In this document: one piece after another, positions 20,090 through 28,171 of the stretch
Layout: each line of letters begins with the position of its first letter
How positions within the stretch are numbered: position 1 is the first letter of the stretch
NCBI GenBank assembly: GCA_036679065.1
Contig: JAZIGN010000003.1
Location: forward strand, 288,001-352,000
Direction: 5' to 3'
Length of the DNA stretch: 64,000 nt
From: Coprothermobacterota bacterium
Lineage (GTDB): Bacteria > Coprothermobacterota > Coprothermobacteria > Coprothermobacterales > Coprothermobacteraceae
Translations under genes and position numbers: made by a program
The notes under the pieces: model-generated
Seen by the model: only the letters and a program-made list of their open reading frames with translations
Told to the model about the DNA's origin: nothing
Databases searched by the model: none

Positions 20090-20797
20090 CTAAATCAACT
20101 TTTCTCGGGCTAAGCTTACATGCTGGTTCTTGCCCACAATGATGTGGTCAAGAAGCTGAGCGCCTACCAATTCGCAGGCTTGTTTCAGCTGTTTTGTCAC
20201 TGCCACATCTTCTCGGCTGGGGCTAGGATCTCCACTGGGGTGATTGTGTATCAAAATGAGCGCTTGAGCTGAAGTCAAGCTTACCTGTTTCAATATTTCT
20301 TTAGGGTCAACCGTGGTTTGTATTGAACTACCTACGCTTATTTCTACGTGTTTTATGGGGCGATTCTTCCTATCTAGCAGCAGTATCCAGAAGTGTTCCT
20401 TACCTTCGTTCATTAGCATGGAAGAGAAATAACGTGCTGCATACTCGATGGCATCTTCAGGGGTAGTAATTCTTGCTTCTTCCACAGTTTCATTTTGGAG
20501 AAACCGCTTACCTATTTCCAATGCCGCCTTTACTTGAGCGGCTTTGGCTTTTCCCATTCCCTTGATTTGTAGAAGTTCTTCTACGCTGGCTCGGTACAGT
20601 CCAGTGAAGCCGCCAAAGGTGTTCAGCAGGCGTCGTGCCAAATCTTCCGCTGTTTCCTCATTATTGCCCGTACGTAGTATGATAGCGAGCAGTTTTGCAT
20701 CAGGCAGATGCTCAGGACCTTTAGAAAGAAGCAGCTCTCTGGGGCGTTCAGAAACAATCCATTCCTTTATCGGAATTTTGTAATTGGGGTTACTCAC
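20090..20797 (-). CDS. radC: RadC family protein (HhH plus JAB/MPN domain)
   Basis: ERPRE, LLAIILRTG, IKGMGKAKA, HNHPSGDPSPSRED, LLDHII. Confidence 0.92.
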   Translation of the reverse strand: MSNPNYKIPIKEWIVSERPRELLLSKGPEHLPDAKLLAIILRTGNNEETAEDLARRLLNTFGGFTGLYRASVEELLQIKGMGKAKAAQVKAALEIGKRFLQNETVEEARITTPEDAIEYAARYFSSMLMNEGKEHFWILLLDRKNRPIKHVEISVGSSIQTTVDPKEILKQVSLTSAQALILIHNHPSGDPSPSREDVAVTKQLKQACELVGAQLLDHIIVGKNQHVSLAREKLI

Positions 20798-20914
20798 AGG
20801 ACAAATAGCCCTTTTGAAAAAGTATGTGCGCCTAGAAGCAGCATGTTTCAATTATATATGGTCGGACTATCTAGCTCTCATACTAGTATTAGTTAACAAA
20901 CACTGGAGAAGTTG

Positions 20915-21511
20915 ATGGTTGTCAGGAAAGGAACTTTGGAAGACAAGAACCATGTCTCTGAGCTGGTGCTACTTGCAGCTCCATTTTTCTCAAAGTTGTT
21001 CGGAGAAAAAAGGGCAGTGGAGCTTTTGCAGTACTTGTATGTGCATGATAATAATCTATTCAGCTTCTCTCATTGCTTGTTTGCTCAAGATGGTGATGAC
21101 ATCCTTGGATTGGTAGTGGGCTACGATTGGCAAACTAAACAGAGCGAACAGCTGAGTACTGGTTACCTCATGATCAAGTACTTGGGACTTCAGTTTTTCA
21201 AAGCCCTGCCAGCACTTCTTAAATTGGATGCGCAGGTTAGTAGAATTTCGCGTGAAGACTATTACATAGCCTTTTTGGTTGTTTATCAACAAGTGCAAAC
21301 ACGGGGTGTAGGCACAGCATTAATGAAGCGCGCTGAAGAGGACGCAGTTTCGTGCGGTGCGAAGTTTATCTGCCTGGACGTGGAAACAGAAAACGAAAAT
21401 GCCGTTCGTTTTTACCAAAAGCGCGGTTATAGAATAGAAAGAACGTTTTCAGTAAATTTGACTCAGGAAGTGGTTCTCCACTTCTATAGAATGAAGAAAG
21501 AACTAAGGTAA
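20915..21511 (+). CDS. GNAT family N-acetyltransferase
   Basis: QTRGVGTALM acetyl-CoA motif, NENAVRFYQKRGY. Confidence 0.9.
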   Translation: MVVRKGTLEDKNHVSELVLLAAPFFSKLFGEKRAVELLQYLYVHDNNLFSFSHCLFAQDGDDILGLVVGYDWQTKQSEQLSTGYLMIKYLGLQFFKALPALLKLDAQVSRISREDYYIAFLVVYQQVQTRGVGTALMKRAEEDAVSCGAKFICLDVETENENAVRFYQKRGYRIERTFSVNLTQEVVLHFYRMKKELR

Positions 21512-21684
21512 TTTTGGTCCACGTACCTACTGAGTGTTTAGCTAACAGAATAACTTTCTTAATCCGCAAGAGCCTGCTGTGCCACTAGAGTGGCTGGCGT
21601 CGGACGTCCTTGAATGGTTGAAAGAAAAAAGGCTTTGTGAGTATGTTTATAAGCGGCGACAGTAAATTAAAGCAAACTGTTTTG

Positions 21685-23082
21685 CTACCTGCTTACGCGG
21701 TTACTTTGCTTAAGCAGTATGTGGGATTCATTAATGATGGCGCCCTTGGTCGCCTCATAAAGTGGGACTGGGGTGCTGGCAAGTTTGTTAACCAAGGTTT
21801 CCAACGGGACCTTGGGCCAAAGCTTTATGTACTCAGGGAGCTGTTTTCTTAAATTGTGAATGTGATCTTTGGGTTGGATTACGTCAGCCTTAATAAATGG
21901 TTGCCTGGTGTTTTGCATTCCCATGTTCATTAGGGCGTACTCTCCAAGTTGATTCCAAACTTTTTTCACCAGTGATAGCCAATCATATGGCGGCACTAAG
22001 TCGTTGTAGTCTTGTGTAACCACAGTCCATTCGTCTACTTCGTTTGTTTCTTCATCGTTGCTTTGTAAGTAATAGGGGAGTTTGTTCTCGTAATCCTCGG
22101 CACGCACAATGTTTATAGGGCCCCTTGCTGGGTTTGTGATAATAACTCGGGCTCTAAATAGGTCTGAGAACAATGCTGCCCAGTCTTTTCTTGGGGTGTA
22201 AACGGTACTGCCCAGCAAGCTGAGCATTCTTACGTTGTACTTTCCTAAGCCCGTTATAAAAGGAAGTATGTCATAGAAGCTGGTGTAAATGCGTGGTTGC
22301 ATCAATCGGAATGCTTCGCTAACTGATGGAGTAAGGACGCCTTTCTTTAGCTGTCTTGCCCATAACTGTGGAGCGTATACACCGACTTCATGTGTGCAGG
22401 GCTGATCAGGTACTTGATAGTCTACGTAGAATGTGTGAGAAAAGGTCAAAGGATAATGAGCGCTGGAGGTTTCATCAGCCAAAGCTACAAGACCATTGAG
22501 ATAGGTGTAGACCCAGTGAAGTTCCCACCCGCTTATCATAAGTTGTTTTCTGTATTGTTTAAGACGATTTATGGTTTGGCTAAGCTCTTCTTCCCACAAA
22601 CTTCTTAGGTGCGCAGGCAAAAGGCTTGCGTCAGGGTGTTCCTTAACATTAGTAAAGGTGGTTCTCATTAGTGGGGCATGGTGCAGCGTAGTAGCTAAGG
22701 ATGTTAGGTAAACCAGCGTGGGTCTAAAGTCCTTCGGATAGTTTTGTGAAAGCTTTTCTGCGGCGTCTACCACAAGATTCAAGCCCAAAAGAGTGTGTCT
22801 GGAGATGAGCTGGCCGTTTTTCAACTGCTCTTGGAAACGGGCATCGATTTTACCTACATCATGTAGGTACACTAAACTCTGCATTATATCAAGGCTGTAA
22901 CGCAGAACACGGTGAGCGTCTGGGCCCACAGGCGGACGCCATAGTTTTTCAGTGAGCTCTCTAAAACGCTCCGCCACATCCAAGGAATGGCTCCACAGAG
23001 TTCCTGCTTGTTTGTCCCGATTTAGCTTTGGTATGACAGTTAGATAGACCTCTTTAAGGCCGTAGTGTTCAATTAAGTTCAT
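21685..23082 (-). CDS. Cas3-type HD nuclease domain protein with degenerate C-terminal region
   Basis: TLWSHSLDV, LHDVGK...FQ, RH, HH, LADETSS: the Cas3 HD motif series. Confidence 0.75.
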   Translation of the reverse strand: MNLIEHYGLKEVYLTVIPKLNRDKQAGTLWSHSLDVAERFRELTEKLWRPPVGPDAHRVLRYSLDIMQSLVYLHDVGKIDARFQEQLKNGQLISRHTLLGLNLVVDAAEKLSQNYPKDFRPTLVYLTSLATTLHHAPLMRTTFTNVKEHPDASLLPAHLRSLWEEELSQTINRLKQYRKQLMISGWELHWVYTYLNGLVALADETSSAHYPLTFSHTFYVDYQVPDQPCTHEVGVYAPQLWARQLKKGVLTPSVSEAFRLMQPRIYTSFYDILPFITGLGKYNVRMLSLLGSTVYTPRKDWAALFSDLFRARVIITNPARGPINIVRAEDYENKLPYYLQSNDEETNEVDEWTVVTQDYNDLVPPYDWLSLVKKVWNQLGEYALMNMGMQNTRQPFIKADVIQPKDHIHNLRKQLPEYIKLWPKVPLETLVNKLASTPVPLYEATKGAIINESHILLKQSNRVSR

Positions 23083-23161
23083 GTTAATATTCTACTGTAA
23101 CAAGAGAGAGAAAGGCTGCAAGTTCTGTAGTTTTTATCTAATGTGTTGGAGGTGCACCACC

Positions 23162-24031
23162 ATGGCAAAGAAAAGCAGTAGCGTGAGAGGGAGTGCGGCA
23201 CGCTGGATATTAATAGTAATCTTGGTTGTCGTAGTTGGTTTTGCTGCGGGTTTCTTGTATTCCAGATATGGCACGGGGTTTTTCGGTTCCAGCATAAAGC
23301 CTGGTTACTTGTCCAACATGGATTCTATTTATGTCAACAACATTTCAAAAGAGTTGGAGCTTACTGCAACGCAGCAAGAGGTGGTGCAGCTCGCACTGAA
23401 GGCTGAGCTTTCGCAAAGGAAGGCTTTGACACAGGAGGGGTTGGCTGAGAGCGCTATTGCTTCGGAACTGAAAAGTACTACTGCATCAGCTGTGGATGTG
23501 ATTAGAGCTGCTTTGGGTGATAAGACCGACACCTTTCTGAACCTGGTTAAAGAGTATAACCGTGATAGGTCCATACCTGTAAAGCTGGTTCCTGTGAAGG
23601 TTTATTTCATTGTGGCCGATCCTGACTGGGCTGTTAAAGCTGAAGAGCATTATGTGGTGGACGAGAACAAGCCGCTTAGAGCTTTAGAATCACTTATTGA
23701 GGGACCCGAAGATTTAAGTATGGGTATGCCATTACCTCCAACCACTCGCATACTGGGGTTTACTGTGGAAAACGGTACAGCTTATGTGGATTTAAGCCGT
23801 GAAGCGATAACAGAGGCTTACAAATACTGTCCTGTGTCTGCTGGTGGCGAAGCTATGAGTATTAACGCCATAGGCAACACATTGACTGAATTTTCAGAAA
23901 TTCAAAGGGTAAAGCTCAGTATTGAAGGTAAGACACAAGGCGAAATAGACGGATATTCTATAGAAGAGTATTGGGGCCATTTTGGACTGCCTAGCGAAAT
24001 AACGAGGAATGAAGAGGTCATAGTTCCGTAG
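23162..24031 (+). CDS. Membrane-anchored GerMN domain protein
   Basis: VKVYF, ALESLIEGP, AYVDLS, E...INAIGNTLTEF, VKLSIEG; GGAGG RBS. Confidence 0.85.
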   Translation: MAKKSSSVRGSAARWILIVILVVVVGFAAGFLYSRYGTGFFGSSIKPGYLSNMDSIYVNNISKELELTATQQEVVQLALKAELSQRKALTQEGLAESAIASELKSTTASAVDVIRAALGDKTDTFLNLVKEYNRDRSIPVKLVPVKVYFIVADPDWAVKAEEHYVVDENKPLRALESLIEGPEDLSMGMPLPPTTRILGFTVENGTAYVDLSREAITEAYKYCPVSAGGEAMSINAIGNTLTEFSEIQRVKLSIEGKTQGEIDGYSIEEYWGHFGLPSEITRNEEVIVP

Positions 24032-24668
24032 GATTCTCGCCAGCGTCTGGGTCAGTATCACTGAAAATGTCAATGTCGAAGGTGATCTGGTTTTCTTGTG
24101 TGAGTAACTCTGTGGACGGTTGGTAGAATAGTTCCCAGCAAACGTGCTTGTCCATGATGATGTCGCGAACTTGTCTTTCTCGCTGAGTAAGTTGTTTAGA
24201 ACTACCACTTTTCACTTCAATGAACACAACCTGTTTCAACTGTCCGTCACTAAGGCCGTCAAACACGATCAGATCCACGGGCGTTCCTAAGAAGCGAGCG
24301 TCTTTTGGGTTGTACTTGAAGTCAGGCAAAAAAGGTACCAGATGCTCTGTTATTTGACCCAGCATGACCGATTTGCTACGTTTAGTGGCATCTTGCCTAA
24401 TTTCTTCTTCCACTTCCAGCTTCCACTGTTCCAGGGCTGCTTTATACTGCTGATCTATGGACTGCTTCAAGGTCTCTATTTCTCGGCTTTTCCAGTCTTC
24501 AAATTGCGCCTTCCAGTATGCTTCCGCGCGGAATTGATTTTCACGTAACTGGTTTTCATATTGCTGGTAGAGTTCTCTTCGTGTCCTTTCTAGGTCTCGC
24601 TCAAAAGCCAACCTGAAGAACAGTAGGATGACTATGCCCACTGCCAAACCAATTAAGAACCACCACAT
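24018..24668 (-). CDS. Holliday junction resolvase-like PD-(D/E)XK endonuclease with N-terminal TM and coiled coil
   Basis: EHLVPF...NPKDARFLGTPVDLIVFDG...FIEVKSG. Confidence 0.85.
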   Translation of the reverse strand: MWWFLIGLAVGIVILLFFRLAFERDLERTRRELYQQYENQLRENQFRAEAYWKAQFEDWKSREIETLKQSIDQQYKAALEQWKLEVEEEIRQDATKRSKSVMLGQITEHLVPFLPDFKYNPKDARFLGTPVDLIVFDGLSDGQLKQVVFIEVKSGSSKQLTQRERQVRDIIMDKHVCWELFYQPSTELLTQENQITFDIDIFSDTDPDAGENPTEL

Positions 24669-24745
24669 AGCAGTATTGTAATGCAAAAGGAGCCAGCAGG
24701 AGTGTTGCTTTGGCTGGCTCCACAAAATGTGGTATGGCTTTTTTA

Positions 24746-26071
24746 CTACAAGCTTAGAAGTTTATCAATAATTTGCACGTAAACGTGAGGTAGTTTTTTC
24801 AGTGAAGATACTTCAACGTATTCATTGGGTCCATGCACGTTCCCGCCTTTGGGTCCAAAATCGATAGCTTTCACACCTAGGGGTGTGAAGTAGCGTGAGT
24901 CTGCTGCGCCTGCACCTTCAACTGCCTTGGCACGTTCTCCGTTTTCCTTTAGAACCTGGAGAACTGTTTGAACAAATGGTTCTTTGGGACCTGTAAAGAG
25001 GAAGCCAGCTTTTTCCCTGTTGCCAAAGTCTACCTCGGCGTCAGGCAGATTATAAGAAAGCACCTCTTTTAAGGTACTTTCAATGTCCTGATTGTCATGG
25101 CTCATGGCTCTAATATCCAAGGAAAGAGAATGCCTTTCGCCATCAAAGGCATACATATTGGGTGTTATGGAGACACCAAAATCGCTGTATTTTTCAGCTT
25201 TTATGGGAGCTCTTACTAAAGGGACAACAGCTTTTATAAGCTTTGTTAGGTTTTCATCTACTTCTACTTCTGACTGCGTTCCCTGCTCTGGTTTTACGTA
25301 TGTTAGAGTGACTGTTCCCGGTACCACGTTGGATTTGAGAAAGGCTCCAGTGAGGGAGACAGCTTCGTAATCAGTTTCGCGTAGGAACTGAGACGCAGCT
25401 ATTAAAGGGTGGGTGTCCACGCCCGGGAAGAAGTAGGCAGCATGTCTCGTTTCCACAACGGGTGTACGAATCTCAAAGGTTTGTTCTTCAAGCTTGCCCT
25501 TTGTCATTTTCTTTGCATTAGGGACAGAAATGGTTACGCTAAAACCTTTTCTCCTTCGAACTATGGGGATCATGCCTGTACCATCCGCATTTATCAAGAA
25601 AGAAGGCAGTTTATTAATCTCATTGAGTTTTTCTGCAATGTACAGAGCGGTGGCTCCTCCAGTTTCTTCATCACCTGTGAAGGCAAACAGTACTTTGCCG
25701 TTTAGTGGTTTTTCTTTGAGCTCTTTTAGGGCAAACATGAGGGAGGCGACGTTGCCTTTGTCATCCACGGAACCTCTGCCGTAGGCTTTATTGCCTTCCA
25801 CGGTCAATTTAAAAGGTTCATAGTGCCATTCATCTTTACTTACAGGTACTACATCAAAATGTGCCATGACCATGACTTTTGGCAAGCCTTCGCCTATTTC
25901 ACCAACAACAGCATAGGCGCCATTGTGCTCGATTATCTCGCTATCAATGCCCCAAGATTGCAGAGTGCTTTGTATAAACGCGGGGCACTCCCTGGAAGGC
26001 ATCTCACCTTTGCTTGGGTCATTTACAGTCTGAAATGAAACCAGGCTGGAAAGTAAATCTAAGACATCCAA
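24746..26071 (-). CDS. M20 family metallopeptidase/deacylase (ArgE/DapE-like)
   Basis: AHFDVVP, GRGSVDDKG, DEETGG, HGPNEY. Confidence 0.9.
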   Translation of the reverse strand: MDVLDLLSSLVSFQTVNDPSKGEMPSRECPAFIQSTLQSWGIDSEIIEHNGAYAVVGEIGEGLPKVMVMAHFDVVPVSKDEWHYEPFKLTVEGNKAYGRGSVDDKGNVASLMFALKELKEKPLNGKVLFAFTGDEETGGATALYIAEKLNEINKLPSFLINADGTGMIPIVRRRKGFSVTISVPNAKKMTKGKLEEQTFEIRTPVVETRHAAYFFPGVDTHPLIAASQFLRETDYEAVSLTGAFLKSNVVPGTVTLTYVKPEQGTQSEVEVDENLTKLIKAVVPLVRAPIKAEKYSDFGVSITPNMYAFDGERHSLSLDIRAMSHDNQDIESTLKEVLSYNLPDAEVDFGNREKAGFLFTGPKEPFVQTVLQVLKENGERAKAVEGAGAADSRYFTPLGVKAIDFGPKGGNVHGPNEYVEVSSLKKLPHVYVQIIDKLLSL

Positions 26072-26155
26072 AATGCAACACCTCCTATTTACATCTTTCC
26101 CCTTTAACTATACTCTCGAACAAGAAGCTTAACAGAAAGCATTTACTGAACGGGT

Positions 26156-27241
26156 TCAGTCTACTATTTGGAGCTCCTTGGGGAAATGGTTTAGCACTTC
26201 GCAGCCAGTTGGTGTTACCAATACTAAATCTTCAATGCGAACGCCGAACTTACCGGGCAGGTAAATGCCCGGTTCAATAGAGAAGATCATACCTTCCTGT
26301 ACTATATCTGTATTGACTGAAGATACATCGCCAGTTTCATGTACATCCAGACCGATGCTGTGCCCTGTACGATGAGTGAAATAACCACCAAAGCCGAAGT
26401 TTTCAATGTGATTGCGAGCCGCTGCGTCGATGTCGCAGAATCTTACGCCTGGTTTCACAGTTTCAATGGCTTTAAGGTTTGCTTCCAAAACGATGTTGTA
26501 AATTTTCCTTTGCAAGTCGTCTGCTTTCTTGTAGAAAACTGTTCTCGTCATATCTGAGCAGTAGAAATTCTTACGGCAGCCAATATCAATGATGACACTA
26601 TCGCCTTCCTTTAACGAAGTAGTTGAATCACTTTCGTGGTGCGGGTCAGCGCCGTTAGGGCCGTAAGCAATAATGGGTTCAAAGGAATATCCATCTGCTC
26701 CCAGTTCTTCGTAAATGTCCAGCAGCAAGCGGCTCACCTTTTTCTCTGTATGCAAATTGGGAATTAGGTGCAAAACCCTTTCCATGGCTTGGTCGTTTAT
26801 ATGTGATGCTTCTCTCATAAGCTGTTGTTCCATGTCATCCTTTATGGCACGTACACTATCAACAATACTGGAGATGTCCACAAAATCCTTTATGGGAATA
26901 GGGGATTGGTGCACGAGCTCTATAAGGAAACGGGCAGGCCAGTTCTTGTCAACCCCTAGAGGCTTGTCAGGGGCAATGTGGGGTAAGAGTAAAGCAATGG
27001 GATCCTGAGAATCGTTGTAAGTTACCACATCCAGACCAAGTTTTTCCCTGATAGGGAAGAGTTCATTTACAAAAAGTGTGGGGATTTGTTCACTTCTGAT
27101 CAAGAGAACCAACATCCGTTCTCCTGGGTTTATCCACTTACCTGTGAGGTAGAAAATGTTTGTGGGGTCGGAAATGACCATTTGGGATAGACCAGCTTGG
27201 GTCATCCCTTCCAGTACTTTTTCTAGACGCTTCTGATTCAT
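26156..27241 (-). CDS. Xaa-Pro peptidase (M24B)
   Basis: PHH, DIG...SDMTRT, HRTGHSIGLDVHE, EPGIY, GVRIED. Confidence 0.93.
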   Translation of the reverse strand: MNQKRLEKVLEGMTQAGLSQMVISDPTNIFYLTGKWINPGERMLVLLIRSEQIPTLFVNELFPIREKLGLDVVTYNDSQDPIALLLPHIAPDKPLGVDKNWPARFLIELVHQSPIPIKDFVDISSIVDSVRAIKDDMEQQLMREASHINDQAMERVLHLIPNLHTEKKVSRLLLDIYEELGADGYSFEPIIAYGPNGADPHHESDSTTSLKEGDSVIIDIGCRKNFYCSDMTRTVFYKKADDLQRKIYNIVLEANLKAIETVKPGVRFCDIDAAARNHIENFGFGGYFTHRTGHSIGLDVHETGDVSSVNTDIVQEGMIFSIEPGIYLPGKFGVRIEDLVLVTPTGCEVLNHFPKELQIVD

Positions 27242-27315
27242 ATGGGTTCTTACCTCCTTTACAAAGATTGTACGTTCCTTTTGCAGGAGGTAAGAACCCT
27301 TATTCTTTGTGCAAA

Positions 27316-28170
27316 TTAGGTGCTCTGCTTTAGCAAGGTTCTAATGGATTCCCAGCGCTGTTCTTTGGAAGCTCTTTGGGTAGCAATGTTTAAATCTCCA
27401 AGTAATCTCTCATGGTAAGTTGGAACCTGCTCTACTTGGTAGAAAATCCCGATGGGAAGCTTCTCTGTCTGCTCTGCAAGTTTCATGGCTTCTTCCACTG
27501 TACTAACTGGCTGCGGTAAGATTTCCACTTTGCTGTTGTAGAGCTTGTAAGTATCATTAAATGAAACGCACGGCTGGAGTACGTCAACGAAGGAAAAGCC
27601 CTTGTGCTTCATAGCCTGGTAGAAAACATCCGTAAGTTCCTTAAGCTTCCCTGAAAATCCCCGCGCAACAAAGGTGGCTCCCACGCTAAGCATGAGCTTT
27701 ATTGGGTTAAGCGGCTCTTCTGGGCTACCAAAAGGTGTGGACGGTCCTCTAAAACCTTCTGGCGAAGTAGGAGTGAACTGCCCTGTGGTTAAACCGTAAA
27801 CGCCGTTATCATGTATTATTACCGTTATATCAGCGTTTCTCTTGGCTGCAAAAATGAGGTGTTCGATGCCTTCCCCGAAAGCGTCACCATCACCGGCAAA
27901 AGCAACAACGGTAATCGAGGGGTTAGCCAGTTTCATGCCCTGGGCTGTAGCTATTTCTCTGCCATGAAGGGAATAAAAACCTGACAGATCCAAGTAGTCG
28001 AAAATCTTTGCGTGACAACCTATTCCAGCGGTGATGAGAATGTTATTTCTGCTTATGCCGTCCTCTTGTTCTAATCTTCTAACAGCATTCTTGAACGCAT
28101 TGAAAATGCCGAAGTTACCACATCCTGGACACCATGTGTTTTCTGCATAAGTGGTCAGGTCATCAGGCAT
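27316..28170 (-). CDS. korB: 2-oxoacid:ferredoxin oxidoreductase beta subunit
   Basis: WCPGCG, GIGC, LHGR, GDGD...NGVYGLTTGQ (TPP motif). Confidence 0.88.
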   Translation of the reverse strand: MPDDLTTYAENTWCPGCGNFGIFNAFKNAVRRLEQEDGISRNNILITAGIGCHAKIFDYLDLSGFYSLHGREIATAQGMKLANPSITVVAFAGDGDAFGEGIEHLIFAAKRNADITVIIHDNGVYGLTTGQFTPTSPEGFRGPSTPFGSPEEPLNPIKLMLSVGATFVARGFSGKLKELTDVFYQAMKHKGFSFVDVLQPCVSFNDTYKLYNSKVEILPQPVSTVEEAMKLAEQTEKLPIGIFYQVEQVPTYHERLLGDLNIATQRASKEQRWESIRTLLKQST

Positions 28171-28171
28171 A

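Noticed and set aside
20845..21630. CRISPR-repeat-like ends near the Cas3-HD gene (ATTGAAAC on the minus strand at about 20845-20852; GTTGAAAG at about 21617-21624)
   Set aside because: Single, mutually dissimilar occurrences with no repeat-spacer periodicity; the first overlaps a promoter. No array is supportable.
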